Source of the DNA: Macrostomum hystrix
Taxonomy: Eukaryota; Animalia; Platyhelminthes
Direction: 5' to 3'
Length of the DNA stretch: 64,000 bases
Assembly: GCA_950097015.1 (NCBI GenBank)
Contig: CATNEN010000024.1
Span: forward strand, 5,146,001-5,210,000
Positions 11,501 to 22,600 of this stretch are shown here, one piece after another (the first letter of the stretch is position 1; every line of letters starts with the position of its first letter). The position numbers and the translations under genes were made by a program. The notes beneath the pieces are model-generated. The model was given only the letters and a program-made list of their open reading frames with translations. It did no database searches and had not been told where the DNA came from.

Positions 11501-14500
11501 GATGGTTGGATGGATGGATGGATGGATGGATGGTTGGATGGATGGTTGGATGGATGGATGGATGGATGGTTGGATGGATGGATGGATGGATGGATGGATG
11601 GATGGTTGGATGGATGGATGGATGGATGGATGGATGGATGGATGGTTGGATGGTTGGATGGATGGATGGATAGATGGATGGATGGATGGATGGATGGATG
11701 GATGGATGGATGGTTGGTTGGTTGGATGGATGGATAGATGGATGGATGGACAGATTTTGTGGATGGATGGATGGATCGATGGACAGATGGATGGATGGAT
11801 GGATGGATGGATGGATGGTTGGATGGATGGATGGATGGATGGATGGATGGATGGATGGATGGTTGGATGGATGGATGGATGGATAGATGGATGGATGGAT
11901 GGACAGATTTTGTGGATGGATGGATGGATCGATGGACAGATGGATGGATGGATGGATGGATGGATGGTTGGATGGATGGATGGATGGTTGGATGGATGGA
12001 TGGATGGATGGATGGATGGATGGATGGATGGATGGATGGATGGATGGATGGATGGATGGATGGATGGATGGATGGATGGATGGATGGATGGATGGATTGA
12101 TGGTTGGATGGATGGATGGATGGATAGATGGATGGATGGATGGACAGATGGATGGATGGATGGATGGATGGATGGATAGATGGATGGATGGATGGAAAGA
12201 TGGATGGATGGATGGATGGATAGACCTAACAGTCAGCCAGGTAACAAGCTGTCTATCGTACAGGTGAACGAGTGGCTCCAAGCAGAAGCTGACGAGGCCC
12301 TGGACGCGGCCTACAGAGCTGTCAGACGTGGCTCCGCAGGCAGAACCCACCCCAATCCAGGCGCAAGAATCGAGCCGCTATCGCCGGAGCTTCAGCGGAT
12401 GCGGCACGGTGGCTCCGTCTGCAACGTCACCCGACGGGGCAGCACAGCTTTCCGGCTGGCTGTGGAGGTTCGGGGGCATCGGATTGAATCTGCTTCATTC
12501 CCCTCTCCCATGAGTCCACCTCTCCCATGAGTCCACCTGTCCAATGAGTCCACCTCTCCCATGAGTCCACCTCTCCCATGAGTCCACCTCTCCCATGAGC
12601 CCACCTCTCCCATGAGTCCACCTCTCCCTGGCAACACCTATTATAATCGTCAATGTCAAGCGCCACTTCCCTGATCCGGATTCAGGCAGTCCTGGCTGAC
12701 AGATTCGGCATCGTTAACCTGTCTGGCGAGATGTTCTACAACTTTAGCTACAGTATTTCGGAGATGCGTCCCTACGGATTAGAAAAGGTTGGCTAGTAAC
12801 AGCGAGGCCTTTCAAAATCTAGGTACCGTTGAAGACTGCAATCGAATGCTCCTTCCAGACTGCAGTTTGGTCAGCCGATGGCGGGTTTCAGTCGGCACGG
12901 GAGCCGCAGCAGCAGCCTCGAAGGCGGCAGCTGACCTACGACTTTCGCACAAACCTGGATGGCAACGACCGTCGACAACTTGGTGGCATCGGCGGAGTTG
13001 GCAACCTGACGGTGGTGTCAGTGGAAGATCCGCCCTTCAACATCTACAGAGAGCGCGACGAACTTGGTCGCCGTCTGTCGGGCAACGACCAGTGGACCGG
13101 CCTGGCCATCGAGCTGTTCAAGGAGATCGCCAGAAGGACTCAGCTGCGCTACACAATCCGGCACAGCGCCGACGGCACCTTCGGGACGCCAATCGACGGA
13201 TCGGATAATCTAGAATGGAGCGGCATGATTGGCGAGCTGATCCGTGGCTCGGCCCAGGTTGGAGTAGCATCGCTCACCATCACCTACGATAGGGAGAAGG
13301 TGAGCGTCGTCGCTTACACGGAGGACCAGAGTGCTGGAGAAGGTCTGTTTGAAGGTATATCTTTGTAGAACAAAGTCTGTTGGTTGGTTGGATCGTTCAC
13401 GCCGCCAACAATGACTGGTTTTTGGTCTTCATTTGTGTGAATGGTCAATAAAAATGTGCTTATATATTGTAAATTGTGCTTATGAATTGAAAATGGCGAG
13501 GTAGAGAGAGAGTGAGTGAGAACAACGTGCAGAATTACGGAACACATAACACAGTACAAGCGCAACCGAGGCTGTCACACAAACGAAATCGCCTCTTTGC
13601 TGGCTACAGCCGCCCAATGGTGCGCCAGTACCCACAACCCCTGCAAATATTTTAGGTATAAAAAAGGTTAAAGAATGGGATTCGGAAGAACAAAAGAGAG
13701 ATATATAAGAGTGCAGGCCTATAATTAAAGTACCATACGAGTATTAGGAATCGAGGATCAAGGAGACTAAGGAAGCAAAAATCATTGTACGCGAATAAGA
13801 AAAAACTTTTTGCAGGAGGGTTGTGAGCGCTAGAACATCATTTGGTTGGCGCGCAGCCGGGGAGAAGGTAATTCTGCCCACTCCGCTGACTCCTGAGCAA
13901 AGTAATTGATAATTATAATAAATGATTACACCTTGCCGTGGTCGGACCAGATGTGCAGCCGACAGCACAGCCGCAGCTATTGCGCGGGCGCATCTGAAGG
14001 CTGCACACGGCTATTCAGTCCATGGACTTGGGAGGACGCCAAACCCACCCTCAATTACCCCAGCTAATGCTGGTACCCATTTAACAGCTGGGTGAACTGA
14101 AGCAATGCTTGTGTCTTGCTAAACGACGAAAATTGTTCATCTGGAGTCTGGAATCGAACACCCGACCTTCCAGTCGAAAGACCAACGCTCTAACCACTAG
14201 GCTACAACCCGTACAACACACAAGCACAATGATACCGTAAGCAGGCACACACTCACACAGGTGTGTGCATCTGTCCTGAATTTTTCATTGTAAGTCAGTG
14301 CTTAAATTTCACAACAAGCAACTAAGCCTTCCCTCCTCGACTGCACCCCAAATGAATGTGGCCTCGCCGCAGAATCGAGCTCAGGGACCCTTGGTGCGAG
14401 AGGCGAACGCGCTAGACCGCTCTGCCACTCACCCTCCCCCATCTACGGGTATTAACCATCGAAACCTTCAACTAGGTCGTTGACTTCACCACGCCCTACA

Positions 14501-17500
14501 TGAGCCTCGGCCTCAGCGTCATCATGAAGAAGTCGCCCCAGAACCCGGAGCAGTTTCAGTTCCTGCTGCCGCTCAGCGGCCGGGTGTGGCTGTGCGGCCT
14601 CCTGGCACTGCTGCTGACGGCCAGCGTGATGTTTGCCTGCTCCCGCTTCAGCCCGATGGAGTGGTACCGACCAAGCGGCTGCGACTCGACTGTGCGCAAC
14701 CAGTTCAGCTTGGCTAATAGCATCTGGTTCACAATCGGCTCCCTCATGCAGCAGGGTGAGGCATCCCAGATGCATGAGTTCATTTTTCTTGGGCTATAGG
14801 TGGGGGTCGATGGCATAGCGATTAACGCGTTTGCCTCTTGCATCAAGGTCCCTAGCTAAGTTCGATTCCGCAGCGAGGCCACATTTATTTGAGGCGCTGT
14901 CGCAGAGAGAAGGCTGGGGGGCTTGTCGTGAAATTTACACCCTTGAGGGCCAACCTCCAAGGCACTGTGAGATTGTACACTGCTTGACGATGACAAAGTC
15001 AAGCAGATGTACACACCTGTGTGAGCGTGCGCCTGCGTACGGTATCTGTGTGCGTGTGTGCTCAGGAGTCAGCGAAATGGGCAGAATTGCCTCATCGCTG
15101 GCTGCGGGTCTAGTGTCACCAAGTGATGTGCCATTGCCCTCCTGCAAATTAAAAAAATAAATAATTGGGCTTTAGGCTTTCCAAGCGTTGCTTTTCGAAG
15201 CATTTGCCTCTCCCATCCCACGTTCGCGCCTTCCTCGCAGATCCCAACCTGGTACCACGCGCCTGCTCGACTCGCCTAGTCTCAACCGTGTGGTGCTTCT
15301 TCACCCTAATCCTCATCAGCAGTTACACGGCGAATCTGGCCGCATCTCTGACCGTCACCCGGCTGAATGTCATCAGCAGTATCGAGGACCTGGCTGGGCA
15401 GACCAGTGTCAAGTACGGCACCCTGCTTGGCGGTTCGACTTTTAATTTCTTCAAGGTATCAGCCTGAACCGAGGCGCTTGTACAAAAACTGCCCAGCTGT
15501 AAAGCTATTAGAAGCCACCCATAACACTAACGGGACGAACAAACAGTTTGTTTAAAATCGGATCCAAGCCGTGTTTCATTGCTGTAGTTTTCTTAAAACA
15601 TACCGAAGGTTATTGTTCACCCAACCCCAATGAAACCCCAATGAAACCCCAATGAAACCCCAATGAAACCCCAATGAAACCCCAATGAAACCCCAATGAA
15701 ACCCCAATGAAACCCCAATGAAACCCCAATGAAACCCCAATGAAACCCCAATGAAACCCCAATGAAACCCCAATGAAACCCCAATGAAACCCCAATGAAA
15801 CCCCAATGAAACCCCAATGAAACCCCAATGAAACCCCAATGAAACCCCAATGAAACCCCAATGAAACCCCAATGAAACCCCAATGAAACCCCAATGAAAC
15901 CCCAATGAAACCCCAATGAAACCCCAATGAAACCCCAATGAAACCCCAATGAAACCCCAATGAAACCCCAATGAAACCCCAATGAAACCCCAATGAAACC
16001 CCAATGAAACCCCAATGAAACCCCAATGAAACCCCAATGAAACCCCAATGAAACCCCAATGAAACCCCAATGAAACCCCAATGAAACCCCAATGAAACCC
16101 CAATGAAACCCCAATGAAACCCCAATGAAACCCCAATGAAACCCCAATGAAACCCCAATGAAACCCCAATGAAACCCCAATGAAACCCCAATGAAACCCC
16201 AATGAAACCCCAATGAAACCCCAATGAAACCCCAATGAAACCCCAATGAAACCCCAATGAAACCCCAATGAAACACCAATGAAACCCCAATGAAACCCCA
16301 ATGAAACCCCAATGAAACCCCAATGAAGCCCCAATGAAACCCCAATGAAGCTCCAATGGAACCCCAATGAAACCCCAATGAAACCCCAATGAAGCCCCAA
16401 TGAAACCCCAATGAAACCCCAATGAAACACCAATGAAACACCAATGAAACACCAATGAAACACCAATAAAACACCAATGAAACCCCAATGAAGCTCCAAT
16501 GAAACCCCAATGAAACACCAATGAAACACCAATAAAACACCAATGAAACCCCAATCAAGCTCCAATGAAACCCCAATGAAACACCAATGAAACCCCAATG
16601 AAACCCCAATGAAGCCCCAATGAAGCTCCAATGAAACCCCAATGAAACCCCAATGAAGCCCCAATGAAACACCAATGAAGCCCCAATGAAGCCCCAATGA
16701 AACCCCAATGAAGCTCCAATGAAACCCCAATGAAATCCCAATGAAACCCCAATGAAACCGCAATAACCGACCGCCAGAACGCGGAAATCGCAGTCTACAA
16801 GACCATGTGGCAGTCCATGGCTAGCTGGAGCAACACCAATCAGTCTTTTATGCAGAAAACTGCCGACGGCATCGAGCGAGTTAGGCGAGGCGGCTACGCC
16901 TACATTCTTGAGTCGACCTTCAACACCTATTATAGAGAGAGGGACTGCTCACTGACCCAGGTGGGCGGAATGTTCAACCCGATGAGCTACGCATTTGCCG
17001 TCAAGCATGGCAGTGAGTTTGTTACCATAGTTACCATTACTTATAGTGCTATAAACGCCGTACTACATAGGCCAGTAGTTTGATTAGTAAACGTGGGAGC
17101 TATGAATTTTGATACAGGTTTGCTAGGCCAAACTTCTTTCGGGTAAAATTGAACTGTCGTATCACTAAAGCAAAAATATAACTCACCTCGGGAAAGGACC
17201 ACTGGAGTATTTTAAATACCCGCTGCCTACTTCACGATTGCTCCCAAACCGAATGAATCGATTTTTCGGTCATGCCACTAGACACCCCGACGAGAATCGT
17301 TGAATGTCTCGACAATGCCGATGTTTTTGTGATTCTGGAAGTGGTTTTATCGGATAGAACGGAAAATTTATCCCGTGTTCTGAATTTTCAATGTCGATTA
17401 GTAGAATACGAGATACATATTTTGGGAGATATTTTAGGAGATACATAAAAAAGAAAATTATGGGTATTGATATATACCCGCGTGGTGTTTCCACTACTAA

Positions 17501-19030
17501 GCTATATTTTCTTAACTGTACTGTACTTTACTGTACTGTACTGTACTTATCTGAATATTCAAAGTGGATTTAATTACCCATAATTAAGTAAATTAATTCC
17601 ATGCCTAAGTTCACTCGGACAATAAATATTGTATAAATCGAAGTACAGAAACTGCTCTAATTGTTGTCGCAATACGGCAGTTCATTGTTTCCGCCATCAA
17701 AGCTTGCACACCCCCAAGCTGACACACCAGAGCGTGTCCGTTCGCAGACAATCCGCTGCGAGAGAGGCTAACAGAGGAGATTCTGCGCCTGCAGAAGGAA
17801 CAGTACATTGAGCAGCTGACCGAGCAGTGGCTGAAGCGTTACAATGTCAGCAAACCCTGCAGCGAGCTGGCCGCCAAAAAGACCGACACTGGCGTTCTGG
17901 GCGTCGACGCTGTTGGCGGCGTCTTTGTGGCTCTGCTGATCGGTCTGTCCGTGGCTGTTGGACTTTGCTTACTAGAGCTGCTGCTGCACTCTCTGAGGAC
18001 CGCCTGCACCTCCGACGTGCGTTCCAGGGCCTGCTGTGTTCTGTTCTGTTCTGTTCTGTTCTGTTCTGTTCTGTTCTGTTCTGTTCTGTTCTGTTCTGGT
18101 CTGGTCTGTTCTGTTCTGTTCTGGTCTGGTCTGTTCTGGTCTGGTCTGTTCTGTTCTGTTCTGGTCTGTTCTGTTCTGTTCTGGTCTGGTCTGTTCTGTT
18201 CTGTTCTGGTCTGTTCTGTTCTGTTCTGTTCTGTTCTGGTCTGTTCTGTTCTCTTCTGTTCTGTTCTGTTCTGTTCTGTTCTGTTCTGGTCTGTTCTGTT
18301 CTGTTCTGTTCTGGTCTGTTCTGTTCTGTTCTGTTCTGTTCTGTTCTGTTCTGTTCTGTTCTGTTCTGTTCTGTTCTGTTCTGGTCTGTTCTGTTCTGTT
18401 CTGTTCTGGTCTGTTCTGTTCTGTTCTGTTCTGGTCTGTTCTGTTCTGTTCTGTTCTGGTCTGTTCTGTTCTGTTCTGGTCTGTTCTGTTCTGTTCTGTT
18501 CTGGTCTGTTCTGTTCTGTTCTGTTCTGGTCTGTTCTGTTCTGTTCTGGTCTGGTCTGTTCTGTTCTGTTCTGGTCTGTTCTGTTCTGTTCTGTTCTGGT
18601 CTGTTCTGTTCTGTTCTGTTCTGGTCTGTTCTGTTCTGTTCTGGTCTGTTCTGTTCTGTTCTGTTCTGGTCTGTTCTGTTCTGTTCTGTTCTGGTCTGTT
18701 CTGTTCTGTTCTGTTCTGGTCTGTTCTGTTCTGTTCTGTTCTGTTCTGTTCTGTTCTGTTCTGGTCTGTTCTTTTCTGTTCTGTTCTGTTCTGTTCTGTT
18801 CTGCTTTGTTCTGCTAATGCCAGAATTTCAATCTCGTTTTTAACCATCAGGTTCGCTTCGTCGATGCTGTCTGGTCGCAGCTGAAGCTGGCGGTCTCCTG
18901 CGCCAACGCGCACCCAACTGCGCAAACTCCAGACGGACCCGACATCGGCGTGGTGATCGAGCTGCAGCCGCAGCGCAGGCGATCTTCAGTCATCGGAGAG
19001 AGCCACCCGGACTTGATGAGCGACTACTGA
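5542..19030 (+). CDS. Ionotropic glutamate receptor, AMPA/kainate-type, 13 exons, about 906 aa
   Basis: Proposed join: 5542-5662, 7076-7402, 7736-7911, 8258-8314, 8970-9083, 12264-12467, 12686-12787, 12859-13299, 14476-14755, 15241-15455, 16778-17012, 17748-18016, 18851-19030 = 2721 nt, all GT-AG and phase-consistent. Signal peptide [20 protein letters not shown]; ATD ([20 protein letters not shown]); S1 ([40 protein letters not shown]); M2 [13 protein letters not shown]; M3 [11 protein letters not shown]; S2 ([18 protein letters not shown]); M4 [12 protein letters not shown]. Exon 1 and the ATD exon boundaries are least certain. Confidence 0.92.
6335..7035. repeat. Composite tandem array: 13-bp GGTTCTGGTGTCA with an embedded block of 21-bp GGTTCTTTGACATCCGGGTCA units (iGluR intron 1)
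   Basis: Direct reading of the repeat units. Confidence 0.95.
7475..7675. repeat. 23-bp tandem repeat GTGAGTTTGACAGTCGCACAGGT (iGluR intron 2)
   Basis: About 8-9 near-identical units at 23-bp spacing. Confidence 0.95.
8095..8185 (-). mobile_element. Decayed tRNA-headed SINE fragment
   Basis: The reverse complement shows a B-box-like GTTCGAG followed by TGTCCTTGAGCAAGACAG, resembling the central domains of widespread metazoan tRNA SINEs. Short and degenerate. A similar degenerate remnant is at about 5890-6030. Confidence 0.45.
8370..8905. repeat. 33-bp purine-rich tandem repeat GGATTGGATAGTGGAAGTAGGAGGAGAGGGTGA (iGluR intron 4)
   Basis: About 16 identical units; explains the 11-aa periodic ORFs on both strands. 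Confidence 0.97.
9350..12225. repeat. (GGAT)n microsatellite, about 2.9 kb, with recurring unique 20-bp anchors (iGluR intron 5)
   Basis: GGAT/GGTT/AGAT variants; GACCACCTAGTTGCTAA at 9363, 10207, 10391, 10823, 11227 and 11420. Confidence 0.97.
12505..12628. repeat. 17-bp tandem repeat CCCATGAGTCCACCTCT (iGluR intron 6)
   Basis: About 7 units read directly. Confidence 0.93.
13795..14440 (-). mobile_element. tRNA-headed SINE family B copy, split by a nested family A SINE
   Basis: The reverse complement starts GGGGGAGGGTGAGTGGCAGAGCGGTCTAGCGCG...GCTCGATTCTGCGGCGAGGCCACATTCATTTG (14440 to about 14214), matching the copy at 14802. The 3' part TGCTCAGGAGTCAGCG...CCCTCCTGCAAAAA resumes at about 13899-13807. 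Confidence 0.8.
13900..14213 (-). mobile_element. tRNA-headed SINE family A (full length), nested in family B
   Basis: The reverse complement head GTAGCCTAGTGGTTAGAGCGTTGGTCTTTCGACTGGAAGGTCGGGTGTTCGATTCC has A and B boxes. The body has CAGCTGTTAAATGGGTACC, AGTCCATGGACTG and GGCTGCACATCTGG, then an AT-rich tail; it matches copies at 39160, 45910 and 63055. Confidence 0.85.
14802..15163 (+). mobile_element. tRNA-headed SINE family B (full length), iGluR intron 9
   Basis: Head GGGGGTCGATGGCATAGCG...GTTCGATTCC; central TGTACAC-CTGCTTGAC/GTCAAGCAG hairpin-TGTACAC; GT-rich tract; 3' GCTCAGGAGTCAGCGAAATGGGCAGAATTGCC...CCCTCCTGCAAA plus an A-rich tail. Confidence 0.85.
15622..16760. repeat. 11-bp tandem repeat (AATGAAACCCC)n, about 100 units (iGluR intron 10)
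   Basis: Perfect in the 5' part and degenerate (AAGCCCC, AAACACC, AAGCTCC) after about 16270. Confidence 0.97.
17190..17498. mobile_element. MITE-like non-autonomous DNA element (family C), internally deleted copy
   Basis: Shares AGACACCCCGACG.GAATCGTTGAAT.TCTCGACAATGCCGATGTTTT...TCGGATAGAACGGAAAAT with 40180-40270 and, inverted, 43370-43455. Ends have GTATTTTAAATACCC and GGGTATTGATATATACCC motifs. Confidence 0.7.
18035..18815. repeat. (TGTTC)n/(TGGTC)n pentanucleotide microsatellite filling iGluR intron 12
   Basis: Direct reading. Confidence 0.97.
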
Positions 19031-19604
19031 GGAAGTTCAAATTGTGTTCTAATTAAGCGGATACAAATCTAGCCTCTGTCAAACAAATATTTTCAGTCTT
19101 TAAAAACTACGAGTATTCTTCGCCACATACTAAATGTCTAGTCTCTGTCTATAATAAAACTATAACTTAGCTATAAGTAGACCATACAAATTGCGTACAA
19201 GCTCGTATAATCAAAGAGTCAAAGACAACCTCCTAGCTAATTATTGTTAACATTTCTAATCCCACTTTTAACAAAACGGGAAATCACATGCTCATATTTA
19301 TATAAATTATGTATCCCATGTGTATCCACTTCTTAAAACTATGAGTACAAGATTTTTTTAACAGCGAGGATAATAAAAACGACAGCGCATACATCATTTA
19401 CAGCAGAAGCTATTCGGTGCACAAAGACTACCGAACTGATTAGAGAGACGGGACAGCGGATACAATTGAAAATAAAAATGGCATCTAATCAGAATAGGAC
19501 ACGTCCTACGAATCCAAAATCAACGGATTGGAGACGATAGGCAAATCCAGAAAAAGAAATAAACCTATTGTGAATTTACTTGAGAAAACTATTAGGAAGG
19601 AGAC

Positions 19605-22600
19605 CAAGAAAAAACGGAGAGAAAGGATCGACCACGTAAGTGAATGGGAAGGAAACCAAGAAAAAACGGAGAGAACGGATCGACCACATAAGTGAATGGG
19701 AAGGAAACCAAGATAAAACGGAGAGAACGGATCGACCACGTAAGTGAATGGGAAGGAAACCAATATAAAACGGGGAGAACGGATCGACCACATAAGTGAA
19801 TGGGAAGGAAACCAAGAAAAAACGGAGAGAACGGATCGACCACATAAGTGAATGGGAAGGAAACCAAGAAAAAACGGAGAGAACGGATCGACCACATAAG
19901 TGAATGGGAAGGAAACCAATATAAAACGGAGAGAACGGATCGACCACATAAGTGAATGGGAAGGAAACCAAGATAAAACGGAGAGAACGGATCGACCACG
20001 TAAGTGAATGGGAAGGAAACCAAGAATAAACGGAGAGAACGGATCGACCACATAAGTGAATGGGAAGGAGAACAAGAAAAAACGGAGAGAACGGATCGAC
20101 CACATAAGTGAATGGGAAGGAGAACAAGATAAAACGGAGAGAACGGATCGACCACATAAGTGAATGGGAAGGAGAACAAGATAAAACGGAGAGAACGGAT
20201 CGACCACATAAGTGAATGGGAAGGAGAACAAGATAAAACGGAGAGAACGGATCGACCACGTAAGTGAATGGGAAGGAGACCAAGATAAAACGGAGAGAAC
20301 GGATCGACCACATAAGTGAATGGGAAGGAAACCAAGATAAAACGGAGAGAACGGATCGACCACGTAAGTGAATGGGAAGGAGAACAAGATAAAACGGAGA
20401 GAACGGATCGACCACATAAGTGAATGGGAAGGAAACCAAGATAAAACGGAGAGAACGGATCGACCACATAAGTGAATGGGTAGGAAACCAAGATAAAACG
20501 GAGAGAACGGATCGACCACGTAAGTGAATGGGAAGGAAACCAATATAAAACGGAGAGAAAGTATCGACCACATAAGTGAATGGGAAGGAGAACAAGAAAA
20601 AACGGAGAGAACGGATCGACCACGTAAGTGAATGGGAAGGAAACCAAGATAAAACGGAGAGAACGGATCGACCACATAAGTGAATGGGAAGGAAACCAAG
20701 ATAAAACGGAGAGAACGGATCGACCACGTAAGTGAATGGGAAGGAAACCAATATAAAACGGAGAGAAAGTATCGACCACATAAGTGAATGGGAAGGAGAA
20801 CAAGATAAAACGGAGAGAACGGATCGACCACGTAAGTGAATGGCAAGGAGACCAAGATAAAACGGAGAGAACGGATCGACCACATAAGTGAATGGGAAGG
20901 AAACCAAGAATAAACGGAGAGAACGGATCGACCACGTAAGTGAATAGGAAGGAAACCAAGAAAAAACGGAGAGAACGGATCGACCACGTAAGTGAATGGG
21001 AAGGAAACCAAGAAAAAACGGAGAGAACGGATCGACCACGTAAGTGAATGGGAAGGAAACCAAGAAAAAACGGAGAGAACGGATCGACCACGTAAGTGAA
21101 TGGGAAGGAAACCAAGAAAAAACGGGGAGAACGGATCGACCACATAAGTGAATGGGAAGGAAACCAAGAATAAACGGAGAGAACGGATCGACCACGTAAG
21201 TGAATGGGAAGGAGAACAAGATAAAACGGAGAGAACGGATCGACCACGTAAGTGAATGGGAAGGAAACCAAGAAAAAACGGAGAGAACGGATCGACCACG
21301 TAAGTGAATGGGAAGGAAACCAATATAAAACGGAGAGAACGGATCGACCACGTAAGTGAATGGGAAGGAAACCAAGAAAAAACGGAGAGAACGGATCGAC
21401 CACGTAAGTGAATGGGAAGGAAACCAAGAATAAACGGAGAGAACGGATCGACCACATAAGTGAATGGGAAGGAAACCAATATAAAACGGAGAGAACGGAT
21501 CGACCACGTAAGTGAATGGGAAGGAAACCAAGAAAAAACGGAGAGAACGGATCGACCACGTAAGTGAATGGGAAGGAAACCAAGAAAAAACGGGGAGAAC
21601 GGATCGACCACATAAGTGAATGGGAAGGAAACCAATATAAAATGGGGAGAACGGATCGACCACGTAAGTGAATGGGAAGGAAACCAATATAAAACGGGGA
21701 GAACGGATCGACCACGTAAGTGAATGGGAAGGAGACCAAGAAAAAACGGAGAGAACGGATCGACCACGTATGTGAATGGGAAGGAAACCAAGAAAAAACG
21801 GAGAGAACGGATCGACCACGTAAGTGAATGGGAAGGAAACCAAGAAAAAACGGAGAGAACGGATCGACCACGTAAGTGAATGGGAAGGAAACCAAGAAAA
21901 AACGGGGAGAACGGATCGACCACATAAGTGAATGGGAAGGAAACCAATATAAAATGGGGAGAACGGATCGACCACGTAAGTGAATGGGAAGGAAACCAAT
22001 ATAAAACGGGGAGAACGGATCGACCACGTAAGTGAATGGGAAGGAGACCAAGAAAAAACGGAGAGAACGGATCGACCACATAAGTGAATGGGAAGGAGAA
22101 CAAGAAAAAACGGAGAGAACGGATCGACCACATAAGTGAATGGGAAGGAAACCAATATAAAACGGAGAGAACGGATCGACCACATAAGTGAATGGGAAGG
22201 AAACCAAGAAAAAACGGAGAGAACGGATCGACCACATAAGTGAATGGGAAGGAAACCAATATAAAACGGGGAGAACGGATCGACCACATAAGTGAATGGG
22301 AAGGAAACCAAGAAAAAAACGGAGAGAACGGATCGACCACGTAAGTGAATGGGAAAGGGGCGAGGGGGGTCAGCGGCTAACGTCGCTGCCTCGCACTCCA
22401 AAGGACGCTAGTTCGATTCACCCTTCAGGTCACGATTAATTTCGGTACTTGTTGGGGGGGTTTGGACAGTAGCGACCGGCGGAGGTGCACCTTATTTCGT
22501 GCAATCAAGGCTTGAAAAATAGCTTCGCTCCTACCTTTCTGAGTGCCTGTTCTGCGTTGTATGAGTTTGTGCGTTGGCGCTGGGGCGTTAGACCTTGCGG

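Noticed and set aside
14150-14213. tRNA-like sequences (also 14802, 22357, 45910, 63060, 7415)
   Set aside because: They have A/B boxes but no closing acceptor stem, and continue into shared repeat bodies, so they are SINE heads rather than tRNA genes.
15622-16760. Possible telomere
   Set aside because: It is internal to an intron with in-phase exons on both sides, and the unit is not TTAGGG.
8333-18925. Long periodic ORFs ([32 protein letters not shown])
   Set aside because: Products of GGAT, 11-mer, TGTTC and 33-mer repeats lying in iGluR introns.
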